Part shown: in pieces, positions 1-12,785 of the stretch | How the letters are laid out: the number at the start of each line of letters is the position of its first letter | Position numbering within the stretch: the first letter of the stretch is position 1 | Source: Octopus bimaculoides | Lineage: Eukaryota | Reading direction: 5' to 3' | Assembly (NCBI RefSeq): GCF_001194135.2 | Contig: NC_068982.1 | Span: forward strand, 155,171,505 to 155,235,504 | Length of the DNA stretch: 64,000 nucleotides | Made by a program: the position numbers and the translations under genes | The notes under the pieces: model-generated | What the model was told of the DNA's origin: nothing | Seen by the model: the letters and a program-made list of their open reading frames with translations, nothing else | The model's database searches: none

Positions 1-1000
1 ATGATATCAATGTACATCAAACGATTTCAGAATCTAACAACACTATTTTACATGGTTGCACAACCTACCGGTAATAGTAACTTATATCTCCCTCAACTCA
101 CACCTTACAGCCTTAGGATATCTTCTGATGGACGAAAACCTTCACATGTCTAGGATTGCATTCCAAAGACTGGCCGGTGGAGATGGACTATATGTAATCT
201 GAACCTTTCCCCCCCCCTTATTTATTAATTTTTTTTTCCGGAATCCCATGTTTTAGGCTATGGAGATTCCGATTCTGAAAAAAAATTGTTTGAAAAATTT
301 CAATTCCCCCCACCACCACCACCAAGCAGGCTATTTACATGCTAGAAATAACAGCCAAATCTCACAAAACTAGTATTAGGGTTAGGTTTAGGGTCAGGGT
401 TATGGTCAGGTTAGGATTTGAGTTAGCGTTAGGTTTACCCTGTGGATCTATATAAAAACCAGGGGGGGGGGAGGATCGAAATTTTGAAATTGAGATTTTT
501 GAAAATTTTTTTCAGAATCGGAATCTCCATAGCCTAAAACGTGGGATTCCGTAAAAAAAATAAAATAAGGGGGGAAAGGTTCAGATTACATATAGTCCAT
601 CTGGACCGAGGCCGACAATGAAGTACTGCTATCACATCTGGAACTGTGCTGCTGCTACTCACACAGACATCTTTGACAGCATCCAAAAAAATGCCGCACA
701 ACCAAAAAAGCATTAAGTCACTTGCTGGAGCACCCTAGCCTCAAGACCACAGACGCATAGTCTCTTCTCTTGGCATTTTCTACCGCTACTGTTATGGTCT
801 TTGCTCCTCAGTGCTGGCTGGGCTCATAGCACTTCCACTCATGTATTTTTGGTCCACTCGTCTTCCTCTTCTCATCATTGTTATGTCCGACACCCAATGC
901 TCCATACTAATCACTATCTCACAACTCTTGTCTTTCACGCAATTGTTGACTAGCAAGGGTTCGAAAACATTAATAACATCACTCTCGCCGGTCTAGGAAA
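1..1000 (+). mobile_element. Decayed CR1/Jockey-group LINE 3' fragment, interrupted by a foldback element
   Basis: Residual RPTMKYCYHIW..AATHTDIFDSIQK and VSSLGIFYRYCYGLCSSVLAGLI, resembling post-RT LINE regions; frameshifted. Confidence 0.5.
175..608. mobile_element. Foldback/MITE-like element with ~110-135 bp inverted termini and a degenerate (TTAGGG)n core
   Basis: 175-~310 is the reverse complement of ~461-608 (GATGGACTATATGTAATCTGAACCTTTCCCC...TAGGCTATGGAGATTCCGATTCTGAAAAAAA); about 10 TTAGGG-like hexamers at 376-436. Confidence 0.8.
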
Positions 1001-2042
1001 CCATGAGCCCTGTCCATTCCTCTAGACTTAAAAAATAAAACAGAAGTATTAATAACTACTATATTAGACAATATAATTCCTGATGTACAAAAAGACAAGA
1101 TGGACAGAGTGGATCTAGGACTAAATAACAATCTGTTGTTTTTGTGTCGTCGCTCGATTTGCTAGAAATGACAACCATATTTTCCATACACTAGAATGCA
1201 GTGCCTCTCAGACATATTCTCCAATAAGTTTTCAACTTCCAGAAAGAAAATATCTATGCCTTGACAGAAATTCATCATGTGTTTATTGATTTAAAATCTA
1301 GTTCTCAGTAATAAAAGCATTTCAACAAACTATTCTTTTAATATATAATATTTCTTGATCGCATGAAACTGATTATATAAATGGTATCAAAAGTTAATTT
1401 AATATAAGTGATCAATAGTATTACTATTTCATGAAATGGAAAAATATGAAGTCAAAACATTCCGGAAAAAATGTTTTCGAATGTTCGAAATAATATTTTC
1501 AAATAGTATTCACCAATTGTAATTAAATGATATTAAATATATAGACGTTTACTCTTTATCATTACTAAACCCAAACAAAAACTTACGTCAATTATTTTCA
1601 GGGATGAAGTCTTTCAGGCACGTTTCAATTTGTAATTAGTAGAAACACATGGTGCTACGCTATTATATTGGTCCACAACACAAGCGACGCTTTCTCACTC
1701 TCTTCAGGTGCACGTTAGTTAGATTCTTAATTCCGCCCAGTGAACTTACGAATTCTTCTCACTAATTGTTGCCGACGGAGACCATCAATACTTTCCTCAG
1801 ACTTCTGATTTTATCCTAAGAAATATTATATTCCTAAAATAACTTATTTAAGTAAAATTTAAATCCACCAGGGACAACTATTTCCTGACACCGCTTAAAC
1901 AAGGGAGATAATGAAACACGTGGTCTGAGTTTTGTATCTGTGTTGACATGAAAATATCGCAATAGTTCTAAATACCTTTATATATATATATAAATTCAAT
2001 GTTCTTTAGCGTAACCTTGCTGAATACCCGATTTTCGTAGAT

Positions 2043-5020
2043 ATGGAAGAGCCGAAGCGACTATTTATTGGTGGACTTTTTGATAATGTGACGGAATGTG
2101 AACTTAAAGACAGGTTCAAACATTTTGGTAAAGTGTCCGAAATAGAAATTCGAAACAAAAAGGATGAATCAGGTATGTTATGGCTAAAGTAACATAAATT
2201 ACCGTTTTCTGATTCAGTAACTTTTTGTATAATCAATATATTTGCATGTTTATATTTTGTATTCTGGTGATTTTTCGTTTTAGAAGTGACTAGTGGATTT
2301 GAGGTAAATTTTCCTGGTACACTCCATGTAATCTAATAACTATTTCTATTGACTTAACAGCTAAGTAAACTGCAAGAATAAAATATTTTAGCCAGAAACA
2401 ACTGAAAACTGTGGCAGTGTATTTCATCTCAACCTACGAATAACCAATCTACATATTTAACTTAAGTGCTTTGACACTCAATCCACTAAAATGCGTTTGC
2501 AAACTTCAACGTTTGCATAGATTTTCACACAAGTAGTTAAGTGTAGTGAAATCTAGAATTTATCTATATGAGGTCTGATCAATAAGTATCCGGACTGTTG
2601 CTACAGTAACGAAGCTAAAGCATGCAGAGTAGAGTCGCTTGGCAAAGATTGACCCTGTGCAGTGCATGCGCATTAAGTTTTAACGTTCTAGCTCACGTCT
2701 GCTGTTCACAGCAGTGCTTGGAAGGAACGTGTGTAGCGTGTGACTGTCGCATTGACCATGACAGAGAAAGTTGTCATGGCGATACCTGCTCAGAGGCCTA
2801 CGCAAAGTTGCAGAAAGTGTATAGAGAGGGGCGTATGAGCCGCACACGAGTGTACGAATGGTTCAGACATTTCCAAGATGGCCGAAAAATGACGATATTA
2901 ACGAACGTTCTAGGAGACCCGCAACCAGCAGAACTGAGAAAAGCATCGCAGCTTTGAGGGGAAATCATTGAATCACCATCTGTGAGTTGGAGATTTGGGT
3001 ATGAGACGTGTGTCTGCCAAGTTTGTGCCAAAACTGCTTTCAGCTGACCAAAAAGAGACTCTGGTTACAGTTGCACAAGATCTCCAAGAACAAAACCTTT
3101 TTGAAAACTTTGTGTAGGGCTTCTAAGCAGGTATTGCCAAACTTTTGGCAAAATTTGATGTAGATTCTCTGCTCAACTCTCTCTGTTGTGGTCAATGCGA
3201 CAATCACACGTTACATACCTCCCTTCCAAGCACTGCTGTAAACAGCAGAGGTGAGCTACAATGTTAAAACTTAGTGAGCATGCACAGCAGAGTTTAAGGT
3301 CATTCTGTACCAAGTAGCTTTACATTGTGTGCTTTAGATTCATTACTGTGGCAACAGTCTGGATACCTAGTGATTGACCACATATATAAAATCAACATAA
3401 TTTACAAAACAGTAAAAAACGGGAAGAAACAAAAGAAAAGAGAATCAGCAGAATAAATAATCGAAATAGATGTATGCAATTCCATCTAATTTATTCATCT
3501 TATGAGGAGTAACTGCTATTTTTCTCTAAAACATTAATGGCATTACAGTGGATGGTTGTAAGGCTGAGGTGTATAGAATAGCCAGGCAGTCTCCTAGGTA
3601 TCATCTGATATGTCAGTAATGCAGGTCACCAGTGAAATTAATAACTTTCTTGTCACTAGCCCAACACCCACCAATGTCTCAAAAACCATAAGCTGGAAAA
3701 CCCTCATCTCCATTGCTACATAAAGCATATGTGATGGAATTGAAAGGCAAAGAGTGAATCCATCAGGCTTCCTTTTGATTCTTTTCTTTCTTTCCATCTT
3801 TTACATTATGTAAAATTATGATTTAACCATTTAGTATTCAGATTACTCTGTCAGATATAATATTTATTTAATCACATTTTATAAAATTAATCCTGTATTA
3901 TTTTGCAGCTTGGATATTTCAAAGATATGATTGTTTATTTTCAGAATGACATTGCAGGGTTGGTGTGAGAGGCCTGATCTGGTTAGTTTTATCTTAAAAC
4001 GGGTAGAATATTTGGGCTATATATGGCCATTTTAAATGCTAACGGGTTCAAGATATTCTTCTACCTGCCTCTAATTATCCCATCTTTTTATCCAGACTTA
4101 AAATATTTAGAATGTCATTATTCAATATTTTGTCTTTTTCTAAGACAGAAGAGTATTAACAAAATTACAACAGAGAATTACCCATATCAGACTGAAAGCT
4201 AGTTTATGTTGTTGATCTTTTACATCTAATTTGGTATCAAATTACTTGAATCAGAGATGACTTAGCAGAAAGGAGTTCCATCTGGATTAGAGTTGACAAT
4301 GAGCAGAATGTTGAAACAAATGTCAGTGTGGAACAGCTGGACTTCCTACAGGAGTTTGACATTGATCACAGAAGCAAACTCACATGATCAGTAGATTATA
4401 TGGTTTGCAGAAATAAGATTATGAATATTTAGGATTGAATTAAAACAAAAGTTTATGTTTGAGTTGGACAAACTCACTGCTATGTCCTTCTACTGATGGA
4501 GGCTCTACCTAGTCACATGGTCTGCTTGAAATAGTAGCAAAATCACATCTTACTGTCTTAAATAAAGAAGGATACATTGGACAATATGGTTTTAGATATA
4601 TAAAAAAGCGATTGTCATGACTGGAATACCTTTGATCAGAGATCAGGTCAGTCAATGCTGATCTGGGGCTGAACAACTTCAGGCTGTCACCTTCTCTCTT
4701 ACTTAAACTCCTGTTATTAATTAATCACCCAACCTGCCGGAGCCTAAATTAAGATACCTTGTAACAATCTTTATTGTACGTTACTATCAGTTGTAATATT
4801 TTCTTCTTGCTTCTCTTCATAGGTAAACCAATAAAGACTTTTGCCTATATCAATATAAACACTACAGATGAAAAACTGAAATCTTGTAAGTAATATATAT
4901 TATTTTTACTCACCAAGATCAGTAAAATATACTACCACTCAAATACTGGAATCAATCTAATCAACTCTAGCCTTCCCCCTATCTATTTCTACACTGATTT
5001 CTTGGTGATGGTCGCAGCAA

Positions 5021-5051
<31 letters not shown>

Positions 5052-8000
5052 AGGAAAGGCAGCAAGCTAACAGAATCGGTAGCACACTGGGCAAAATGCT
5101 TTGCGGCATTTCAACCATCTTTACATCTGTGTTCAAATTTCGCTAAGGACAACTTTACCTTTCATACTTTTGAGGTTGATAAAATAAGTACCAGTTGAAC
5201 ACTGGGATTGATGTAATCAACTTACCCACTTCCCTGAAATAGTTGGCCTTATGCCAAAAATTTGAAACCAATATTATTATCAGGAGATGGCAAACTGGCA
5301 GAATCGTTAGCACGTCAGGCAAAATGCTTAGCAGTATTTTGCCCATCGCTTCAAGGTCAACTTTGCCTTTCATCCTTTTGGGATCAGTTAAATAAGTACC
5401 AGTTATACACTGGGGTCAATGTAATTGACTTAGTCCCCTCCTGCAAGCTGCCTTTGTGGGAAAAATTTGAACTCATTATTATTATTATTATTAGAAGGAG
5501 GAGGCTGATAGATTGACAATTTTTAGAGCATTTGACTAAATAACTAGTGGTGTAGATCAACTTTACCTGCCATGCTTTCCAATTCGATAAAATAAATATC
5601 AGTAAGGCACTGGGGTTAATATTAAATCAACTATAACCTCTGCTCCCAAATATTTATAGCTTTGTGACTGTATTTAAAATCATTGTCATTTCTAAAATGT
5701 ATGTATTAAGTGACATAGTGCATGGAAGGCGGTTAAGTTGTTAACTTCTGATCATATCACCATGTGTTTAAACTTTGCTACTGTTATGTCCCTTTGAGCA
5801 AGATATATGTACACCTCTTTACTCCAGTTTATCTGACTGATATAGAGCAGGTTCCATTTACCTCATAGATGAATGATCTAAAAACAATTGCTCCACCAAG
5901 TAAACCATGTCACCAGGCAAATACAGACAAATGTATGTAAAACTGTTAGAGAAATGAAATAGACTCTAAGATAGAAGAGTTGGATACTTTCTTTTCCTTG
6001 TAATAAGTTCTCAGTCTTCATCCTGGTTATTGCACATTTTGCCTAGCTTCCTGGGTCACGGTGGAGGTAGTGAAATGTGCATTAGTGGATGCGCCAGTAG
6101 AAGAGTTGTTTTGTTAAAGTTTGACAAAAAGTGCCCATCACTTTTTGCCAGGGTTCCCAAATTAGTGTAGGAAAGATAGGAAGAGAGCACAACTCCTGGA
6201 TTAATCTCAAACAAGAATTATGGCCTGAATATTCACAACAGAGCAAACTCTACCCAGAGGTCATGTAGTGGTGTTGAACCAGGTGACAAATTATGTCTAC
6301 AACAGTCAAGAGACTAGAGTTTTGAAAGGTCAACTACCAGAAAAAAACAAATCTTGTAAATAACCAACCAGTGATTCACTGCATCATTTGAAGAATGATG
6401 AACATCACTAATTGGTATTCTTTCTAAAGTATCTAAGATTGGGGCAGTTGAGACAATAATCTTTACCTTATAAGGCTGAATGTAACTGTTGAGGTTAACA
6501 ACAGTCTTTTGTTTTAGTGAATGAGGACCAAGACACATAGTGCTTTGTTGTACTCAAGAAGACCTGCCCACTACAACAGAATCGTGATCCTAAAACCAAG
6601 GTGCTACATTAAAAGTATTGGTGTAGGTACTGGTGCTAGCGCCACATAAAAAACACCCAGTGTAATCTAAATGCTTATGTTACTGCTTAACTCCAGCTCA
6701 GACCTGATCTAGCATTAGGAAGAGCATCCAGCCATAGAAACGTAGCCAAAATAGACTATGGAACTTGATGCTGCCCCTAGCATTGCCAGTTCTTGTCAAG
6801 CCGGCCAACCCATGCCAGCATGGAAAATGGACGTTAAATGATGATGATGAATGTGAAAATATGGTAAAGAGGTGACCAACTACAACAGTGCTACATTGAT
6901 TTTGTAGTAAGAAGATAAATGTATTCTGTCTGATAAATTCTTTGATGCTAATCTAAATGCTTATGCTGCTACTTAACTCCAGGTCAGACCTGATCTAGAT
7001 CTTTGATCAAAGGTCCTACAGTAGTGAGCATCCCATCTTTTATTGAGACATAGTTTATCTATGAATGTATTATGCAGTGTGTACTTTGTTTATAAGACAT
7101 AAGTGTATGATGTCAGGGTGGTTTAGCTGCTATTTCTGGAAAGTCAGGCAGCCATGTGGAGGAGCTCATTAGCTCATAATCTGTTTTATTTTATAGGTAT
7201 GAAGGCATTGAATTGTACAAAGTGGCGGTCTCATGAAATGAAAATTGAAATAGCTAAGCCAAGTTTTTACCATAAGTAAGTATCTTTCTAATCTCAGTTC
7301 AATATTTATTGTTTGTTTTTCACATTGGCATGGGTTGGACAGTTTGACAAGAGTTGGCAAGCCAGAGAACTGCACCAGGTTCCAGTTTGATTTGGCTTGC
7401 TTTCTATATCTGGATGTCCTTCCTAACATTAACCACTTTACAGTGTGTGCTGGGTGTTTTTAACATGTAACTGACACAAGCACTATTGCATGGCACTGGT
7501 GCGAATGCTTTTCACATGGCACCAGCACAGGATTCTTGTAAGCCAATCTTCTACACAAGGGGATGTGGCCTTAACACTTCTGCTGTGGAGGACAGGTCTT
7601 CTTGCAAAGGCAGTGAGCTGGCAGAATTGTTATTATTCATGACAAAATGCTTAGTTGCATTTCTTCCAACTTAACATTCTGAGTTCAAGTGCTGCCAAGG
7701 TCAGCTTTGCCTTTCATCCTTATAGGGTCAATAAAATAAGTATCCGTTATAGTACAGGGATCAATGTAATCAATTTATTCCCTTCTCCAAAATTGAAAAT
7801 ATGTCTAAGCATAAATCTGTCCATAATCTGAAGGACTAGGGAGAAATATTACCTTGTTTGGAAAAATGGTGAGGTTTGGTGACCGAAAGAGTGTCTGACC
7901 ATGGAAAATTTACCTCAACAAATTTCGTCTGATCCATGGAAGAATGGAAATGCAGACATTAAAACGATGATGAGGTTGAATTTTATACTGGGTTTGAGAT

Positions 8001-11000
8001 TAAGTAAGATATTGGACTACTGACTATGTGGTCATGTGTTCAAACCTTACTATTGCAATCACCCCAGATCCAACTCTTTTGACCCCCATTGATAGATTTG
8101 ATTGAGACAGATCAAAAAATCAACTCACTTAAGTTTTCTATGCTCATGCTAGAGATATGAGTCGATAATTGTCCTTTATATATATAATAAATTATAAGAC
8201 AACTAATAGCATATTTCTGTTTTATTACAGCTTGTTAAAAGTTATTGCTGAACAGAAAAGACAACTGACAGAAAAGGAACCAGATAAAATGGAGCTATCA
8301 TCAAATGCAGGTTCTGGTGTAAAATGGTCCAATAAAACCTTCCGTAATGCCAGGTTAGGAAGTAAAGTTTCTGACAAGAAGGTATTTTAAGTTGATTAAT
8401 AATAATATGAAGAAGTAAGAAGTGTGTTTTTTTTTAAAGGTTTCATGAGGATCTTTTCCAGACCTCTGGAAATATGCTGTGCGTGAGAAGACCCGGCAAG
8501 CCAAGTGAGACCTAAATCTAAGGCCTCAGCCAGTCCACTTATGCGTACCTTCCTTCATTGGACACTAAACTCCACTTGCGAAGACCTGTTGAGGCAAGTG
8601 AAGTCGAGATCGAGTTAAATTCGACGACTGGCACCCATGCCAACGTCGTCTCCTTCATTGGACACGAAACTCAGCTTGCAAAGATTTATTGGGGCAAGCG
8701 AAATCGTGATGGCACCTGTGCCTAGCGTCGCCTTTCTGGCACTTGTGCCCGCGGCATGTGTAAGGACTTTCGAGTGAGATCGTTGCCAGTGCCCCTGGAC
8801 TGGCTCTTGTACAGGTGGCACATAAAATACACCATTTTGAGTGTGGCCGTTGCCAGCACCGCGTGATTGGCCTTCGTGCCAGTGGCACGTAAAAGCACCC
8901 ACTACACTCTCAGAGTGGTTGGCGTTAGGAAGGGCATCCAGCTGTAGAAACTCTGCCAAATCAGATTGGAGCCTGGTGTAGCCATCGAGTTTCACCAGTC
9001 CTCAGTCAAATCGTCCAACCCATGCTAGCATGGAAAGCGGACGTTAAACGACGATGATGATGTCCATCATAGATTTTACATCCACTTTTCTTACTACACA
9101 GAACCATTTTACTTGTTTTCCATCATTCTTAATACTGTCTTTTCCACTAACACATTACATTGATCACTCTCAACTACACATCATCTCAATCTCTCTCTCA
9201 TCCATCCCCTGTTTGTTGTACCATTATTATTATTCTATTGTTCTTCTCTCCCAGCCCATACCTTTTTCTGCAGTGTCAGTTATTTCTTACTCCTCTCTAG
9301 CTCCCCACATCTCCACCTCATATCCACTACATCCACCATTCAACCTAGATTCAACAGCTGTCACCTAGTCTCCCCACTTATCATTCCTTAACGCCTGTTC
9401 TTCATTATATTCACCCCTCACCCATTCCCCATCTGTAACCATCTGCTCTCCCATATACTCTTGCAAATTCCACCCACTCACTTCTACTCACCTCATATGT
9501 TGAAGGTCCACCCTGACACCTTGTCAACACTATTTTATCTCTTTCCAGCTCCACCCATGTCACTTCCCACCTCTTTTCTATAATATGGGTAGCCTCTATA
9601 GCAAGAAACCTGTTTTGTTCTGGCCCCTTCTCTCATACTTTAACCTCTTATCTCCTAGTATCAAGCCACCTTGTTCAGTCAAAGAGCATCTTAGTCTTGC
9701 AAGCTGCATTGTATCTCCTCAGTACTGATGCCACAAGAAAAAAGCACCCAGTACACTCTGTAAACTGGTTGGTATTAGGAAGAGCATACAACCATAGAAG
9801 CCATTCCAAAGCTGACATTGGAGCACAATGCAATCCTCAGACCCACTGGATCCTGCCGACCCATGCGAGCATGGAACATGTGCATTAAATGATAACAATC
9901 ATTTTCTCGACTTGCATGAATCGGATGGAATTCATTGAGGCAGATTTTCCATGACTAGATGCCTTACCTGTTGCTCACCTTCACCTGTTTCTAAGCAAGG
10001 TAAGATTTCCCGTGACCAGACAAGTTTTCAGTGAAAAACTCAAAACAAACAATATCACTTGTATGATGGTGATGCTCATTAAGAACCATCATGTGGCAAA
10101 TTTTCTGGAAGGTTGGAAGTTTTAAAGGATGCAATGTCTCAGCAACTAACAACTGATGCAGGTAGTTTGTTCCATGCTTCAACAACTCTTAGTGTGAAAT
10201 GCATAAATACAATGGACTGTTTTCAGCAGACAAACCAATGATAATATATTGCTATTGTTTTTCCAGGATTGGGTCAAGTATGGACAAGCACTTCCAATAA
10301 TGAGAATCCGACAAAACAGATGGAAAATATCCTTTCAGTTAACTATTTTCTTTTTGAGGTTTATTTTGTTAAGGCTATTTGTTATTTAAGTTTTCTAATG
10401 AAGCATGTTGGTGCTGCTAAAACACAAAATACTTTTTAGCTTATGACAGTAGTATCTGGATACATTAATTTCTCAGTGAAAACACTTCAAATCTTTCATT
10501 CAAGTAACTGTAGATTATTTTTATCTCAAAGAGCTTTCTTCCTAGGTCACTATATTGGTATTTGGCTGATCAAAAATAGGATTGTAATTGATGTATATTA
10601 CCTATCTTATTTCCACCTCAACTGGAAGATGAAGCCATGAATATCTCATCTTATATTCAAAGCATGCCTAAGACTACATAATCCAATGTGTACTTTTTTT
10701 TCTGAAGATAGTAGGATATGATTTGAGAGAAATTTTGCTGTTATTTCTAGCAAGTTCAGTGACTGCAGAAAGGTTCCCTCGTGTATGTATATTTGATAAT
10801 AAACTTCAGTTTGTAGCTCTGCACTTGATTATGCAGGGTGATAAGTAAACATTATACAGGAACTTGTGTGCATGCACACACATACACTACAGTTCTGCAC
10901 AGTTTCTGTCAACCAAATTCACTCACAAGGCAATGAGATTGAACTCAAACCATGTGCTTCAGAAGTAAACTTCTTAACCACACTACTATACTTGTGTCTA

Positions 11001-12666
11001 AAGACAATGTTGACTTTGACATGATCTAAAACTCAAAATGTAAAGAGGTCACATGACATTTTCTCCAAATGATTTTGCTAATCAACTGCCCAACTCATGG
11101 CAACATGGAAAGCACATGTAAAATGATGATGATGGTTATATGTAAACACACATATATATTAGCGATATGCTGTGCTTGAGAAGACAAGTGAAATCATAGT
11201 TGTGGCCAATGCCAGTGTCATGTAACTGACACATAAAAATCACCTATTACACTCTTGGAGTGGTTGGTGTTTTAGGAAGGGCATCCAGCCATAGAAACCA
11301 TGTCAAATCATATTAGGACCTGGTGCAGCTCCCCAGCTTACCAGTTTCAGTCAAACTGTTTAACCCATGCCAGCATGGAAAGCTGATGCTAAATGATGAT
11401 GATATATATATGTTTATTATTGTATCCTTCCATAATGATATGATAAATACAGTTGAAGTTTAACTTGATTTTCTCAGCTTTTAATCCCATCTACATTTCT
11501 AAAACTTCAGAAATTGTTCTCATGAAAATATTTTGTTAAACTACAAGTGAAAATGTTTGATTCATTCCAGAGTTTGCAAGTTCTCATTGATATTGATTTC
11601 TTATATATAAGCACCAAAGACTTAAATTTGGGTTGTGTTGAATACTCCTCTCTCTCTCATCCCAAATGATAGCACTGATAATGTAATATTTGAAAGTATA
11701 GTGCATATCTTTATTTCTGGCTATTTGTATGATGTTGCCTTTGTTGATTTTGTTTTAATGAAAATATTTTTTCTTAACAATTTTTACATCATCACTGTAA
11801 ATCCTTCAAAATTTTGTCGTAACCACAAGAAATTTGAATGGAATGACAGTTATTTAAACCAAACCAGACAAAAATTTCCTCAAAGTAAGCAAGCAGCAAA
11901 AAATAAAGCAAACAAAAGTCAGATTTCCAAACAATTCAAGGACAGGTTTACACCCAAAAATTATGACATAAAATCAAGTAATGTTGCCAAAGAATTTACA
12001 GCTCCTGGTTCTGTGTCCAAAGACCAGAGCAATTTGATGACAAGTACTGTTTCCAAAGAACCTACAGTTCCTGATTCAATATCCAAAGACTGTAGCAAAT
12101 CAGTTTCATATACTAGTTCTAAAGAACTCGTGGTTCCAGATTCTATATCCAAAAACTGTCACAAATCAGTATCAATTAGTGTTTCAAAAAAAAATGTGGT
12201 CTCTAAGTCCATACCTAAAGATTTAAATTGTACAGAATCAAATATCACTTCTAAAAAGTTAAAATATAATGATTCCAAAGATGACAACTTGGAATCCAGT
12301 TCTGTTTCCAAAGGGAAAAGAGTTATTGATGCCACTACTAAAGCTTCTGGTTATACAGAATCAAACAAAATTTCCAAAAAGATCAAATATGATAGTATCA
12401 AAACTTCCAGTGCTCATAAAAGTGGACAGTCAGAGCCAAAGAAAGTGAACCCACTTCAAAAGAGTCAAGATCTATCAGCAAAACCTGTTAAAATTACTAC
12501 TGAATCAGTTGAAAACAAAACATTAAAAGCAACTTATGTAAATTTCAAAGTACTACAGAAATGTATACCTACTAAAAGGTCATGTGGCCTGGTTCTACAA
12601 GCAAAACCTAGTCTCTTACTTAAGTATAAAGCAATAAATTCAGTGGAGTTGAAGTCTCAGAGCTGA
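2043..12666 (+). CDS. NOL8: NOL8-like nucleolar RRM protein, 453 aa; join(2043..2172,4823..4885,7197..7275,8231..8381,10267..10326,11788..12666)
   Basis: Spliced translation MEEPKRLFIGGLFDNVTECELKDRFKHFGKVSEIEIRNKKDESGKPIKTFAYINI...CTKWRSHEMKIEIAKPSFYHN...DWVKYGQALPIMR...IITVNPSKFCRNHKK follows the NOL8 N-terminus as recalled (KRLYVGGL, VFAYINI, TKWKGG..LAKESF, NWVVSKFGRVLP, IIKYDPSKYCHNLKK). Introns 1-4 are GT-AG, intron 5 is AT-AC, and all phases close. Confidence 0.88.
2567..3384. mobile_element. Non-autonomous mariner derivative built from two inverted 5' ends, in NOL8 intron 1
   Basis: + strand encodes mariner HTH remnants (EAYAKLQKVYREGRMSRTRVYEWFRHFQDGR; MRRVSAKFVPKLL). ~3105-3384 is an inverted second copy of the 5' end, including MTERVEQRIYIKFCQKFG. 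TA at both ends. Confidence 0.8.
5057..5490 (+). mobile_element. Two tandem SINE copies with a Meta-domain-like core
   Basis: GGCAGAATCGTTAGCAC...AAGGTCAACTTTGCCTTTCATCCTTTTGGG..AAATAAGTACCAG. Further copies at ~7609-7800 (+), ~45095-45215 (-), ~47470-47640 (-) and ~63405-63640 (+). Superfamily assignment is from memory. Confidence 0.6.
8467..9062 (+). mobile_element. (GAT)n-tailed RTE-type retroposon 3' end, young copy
   Basis: Shared core GAGTGGTTGGCGTTAGGAAGGGCATCCAGCTGTAGAAAC...CATGCTAGCATGGAAAGCGGACGTTAAACGA(TGA)n. Confidence 0.85.
10327..11787 (+). other. U12-type AT-AC intron (NOL8 intron 5)
   Basis: 5' end ATATCCTTT; branch-like TTTCTTAAC at 11770-11778; ends AATTTTTAC. Splicing joins RQNRWK to IITVNPSK in frame. 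Confidence 0.93.
11986..12250 (+). repeat. Coding minisatellite, 66-nt / 22-aa period, in NOL8 exon 6
   Basis: AKEFTAPGSVSKDQSNLMTSTV / SKEPTVPDSISKDCSKSVSYTS / SKELVVPDSISKNCHKSVSISV / SKKNVVSKSIPKDLNCTESNIT; unit starts at 11986, 12052, 12118 and 12184. Confidence 0.9.
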
Positions 12667-12779
12667 AATGTTAGCCAAACTTAATGAGAGAAAAAACAAA
12701 ATGTAAAACATTGTTAATAACTTGAATGATGATATTAACAATGATAAAACATCTGACAACCAATTGTGATCCAAAAGAG

Positions 12780-12785
12780 AATAAA
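12780..12785 (+). promoter_or_regulatory. Candidate poly(A) signal for NOL8-like gene
   Basis: First AATAAA after the stop at 12666; AT-rich context makes chance occurrence likely. Confidence 0.3.

Noticed and set aside
376-436. True telomere or chromosome-fusion site
   Set aside because: Short, degenerate, one orientation only, and enclosed in inverted repeats.
11635-11787. N-terminal extension of the 343-aa ORF
   Set aside because: It is the open 3' end of the AT-AC intron, including its branch site; homology starts at 11788.
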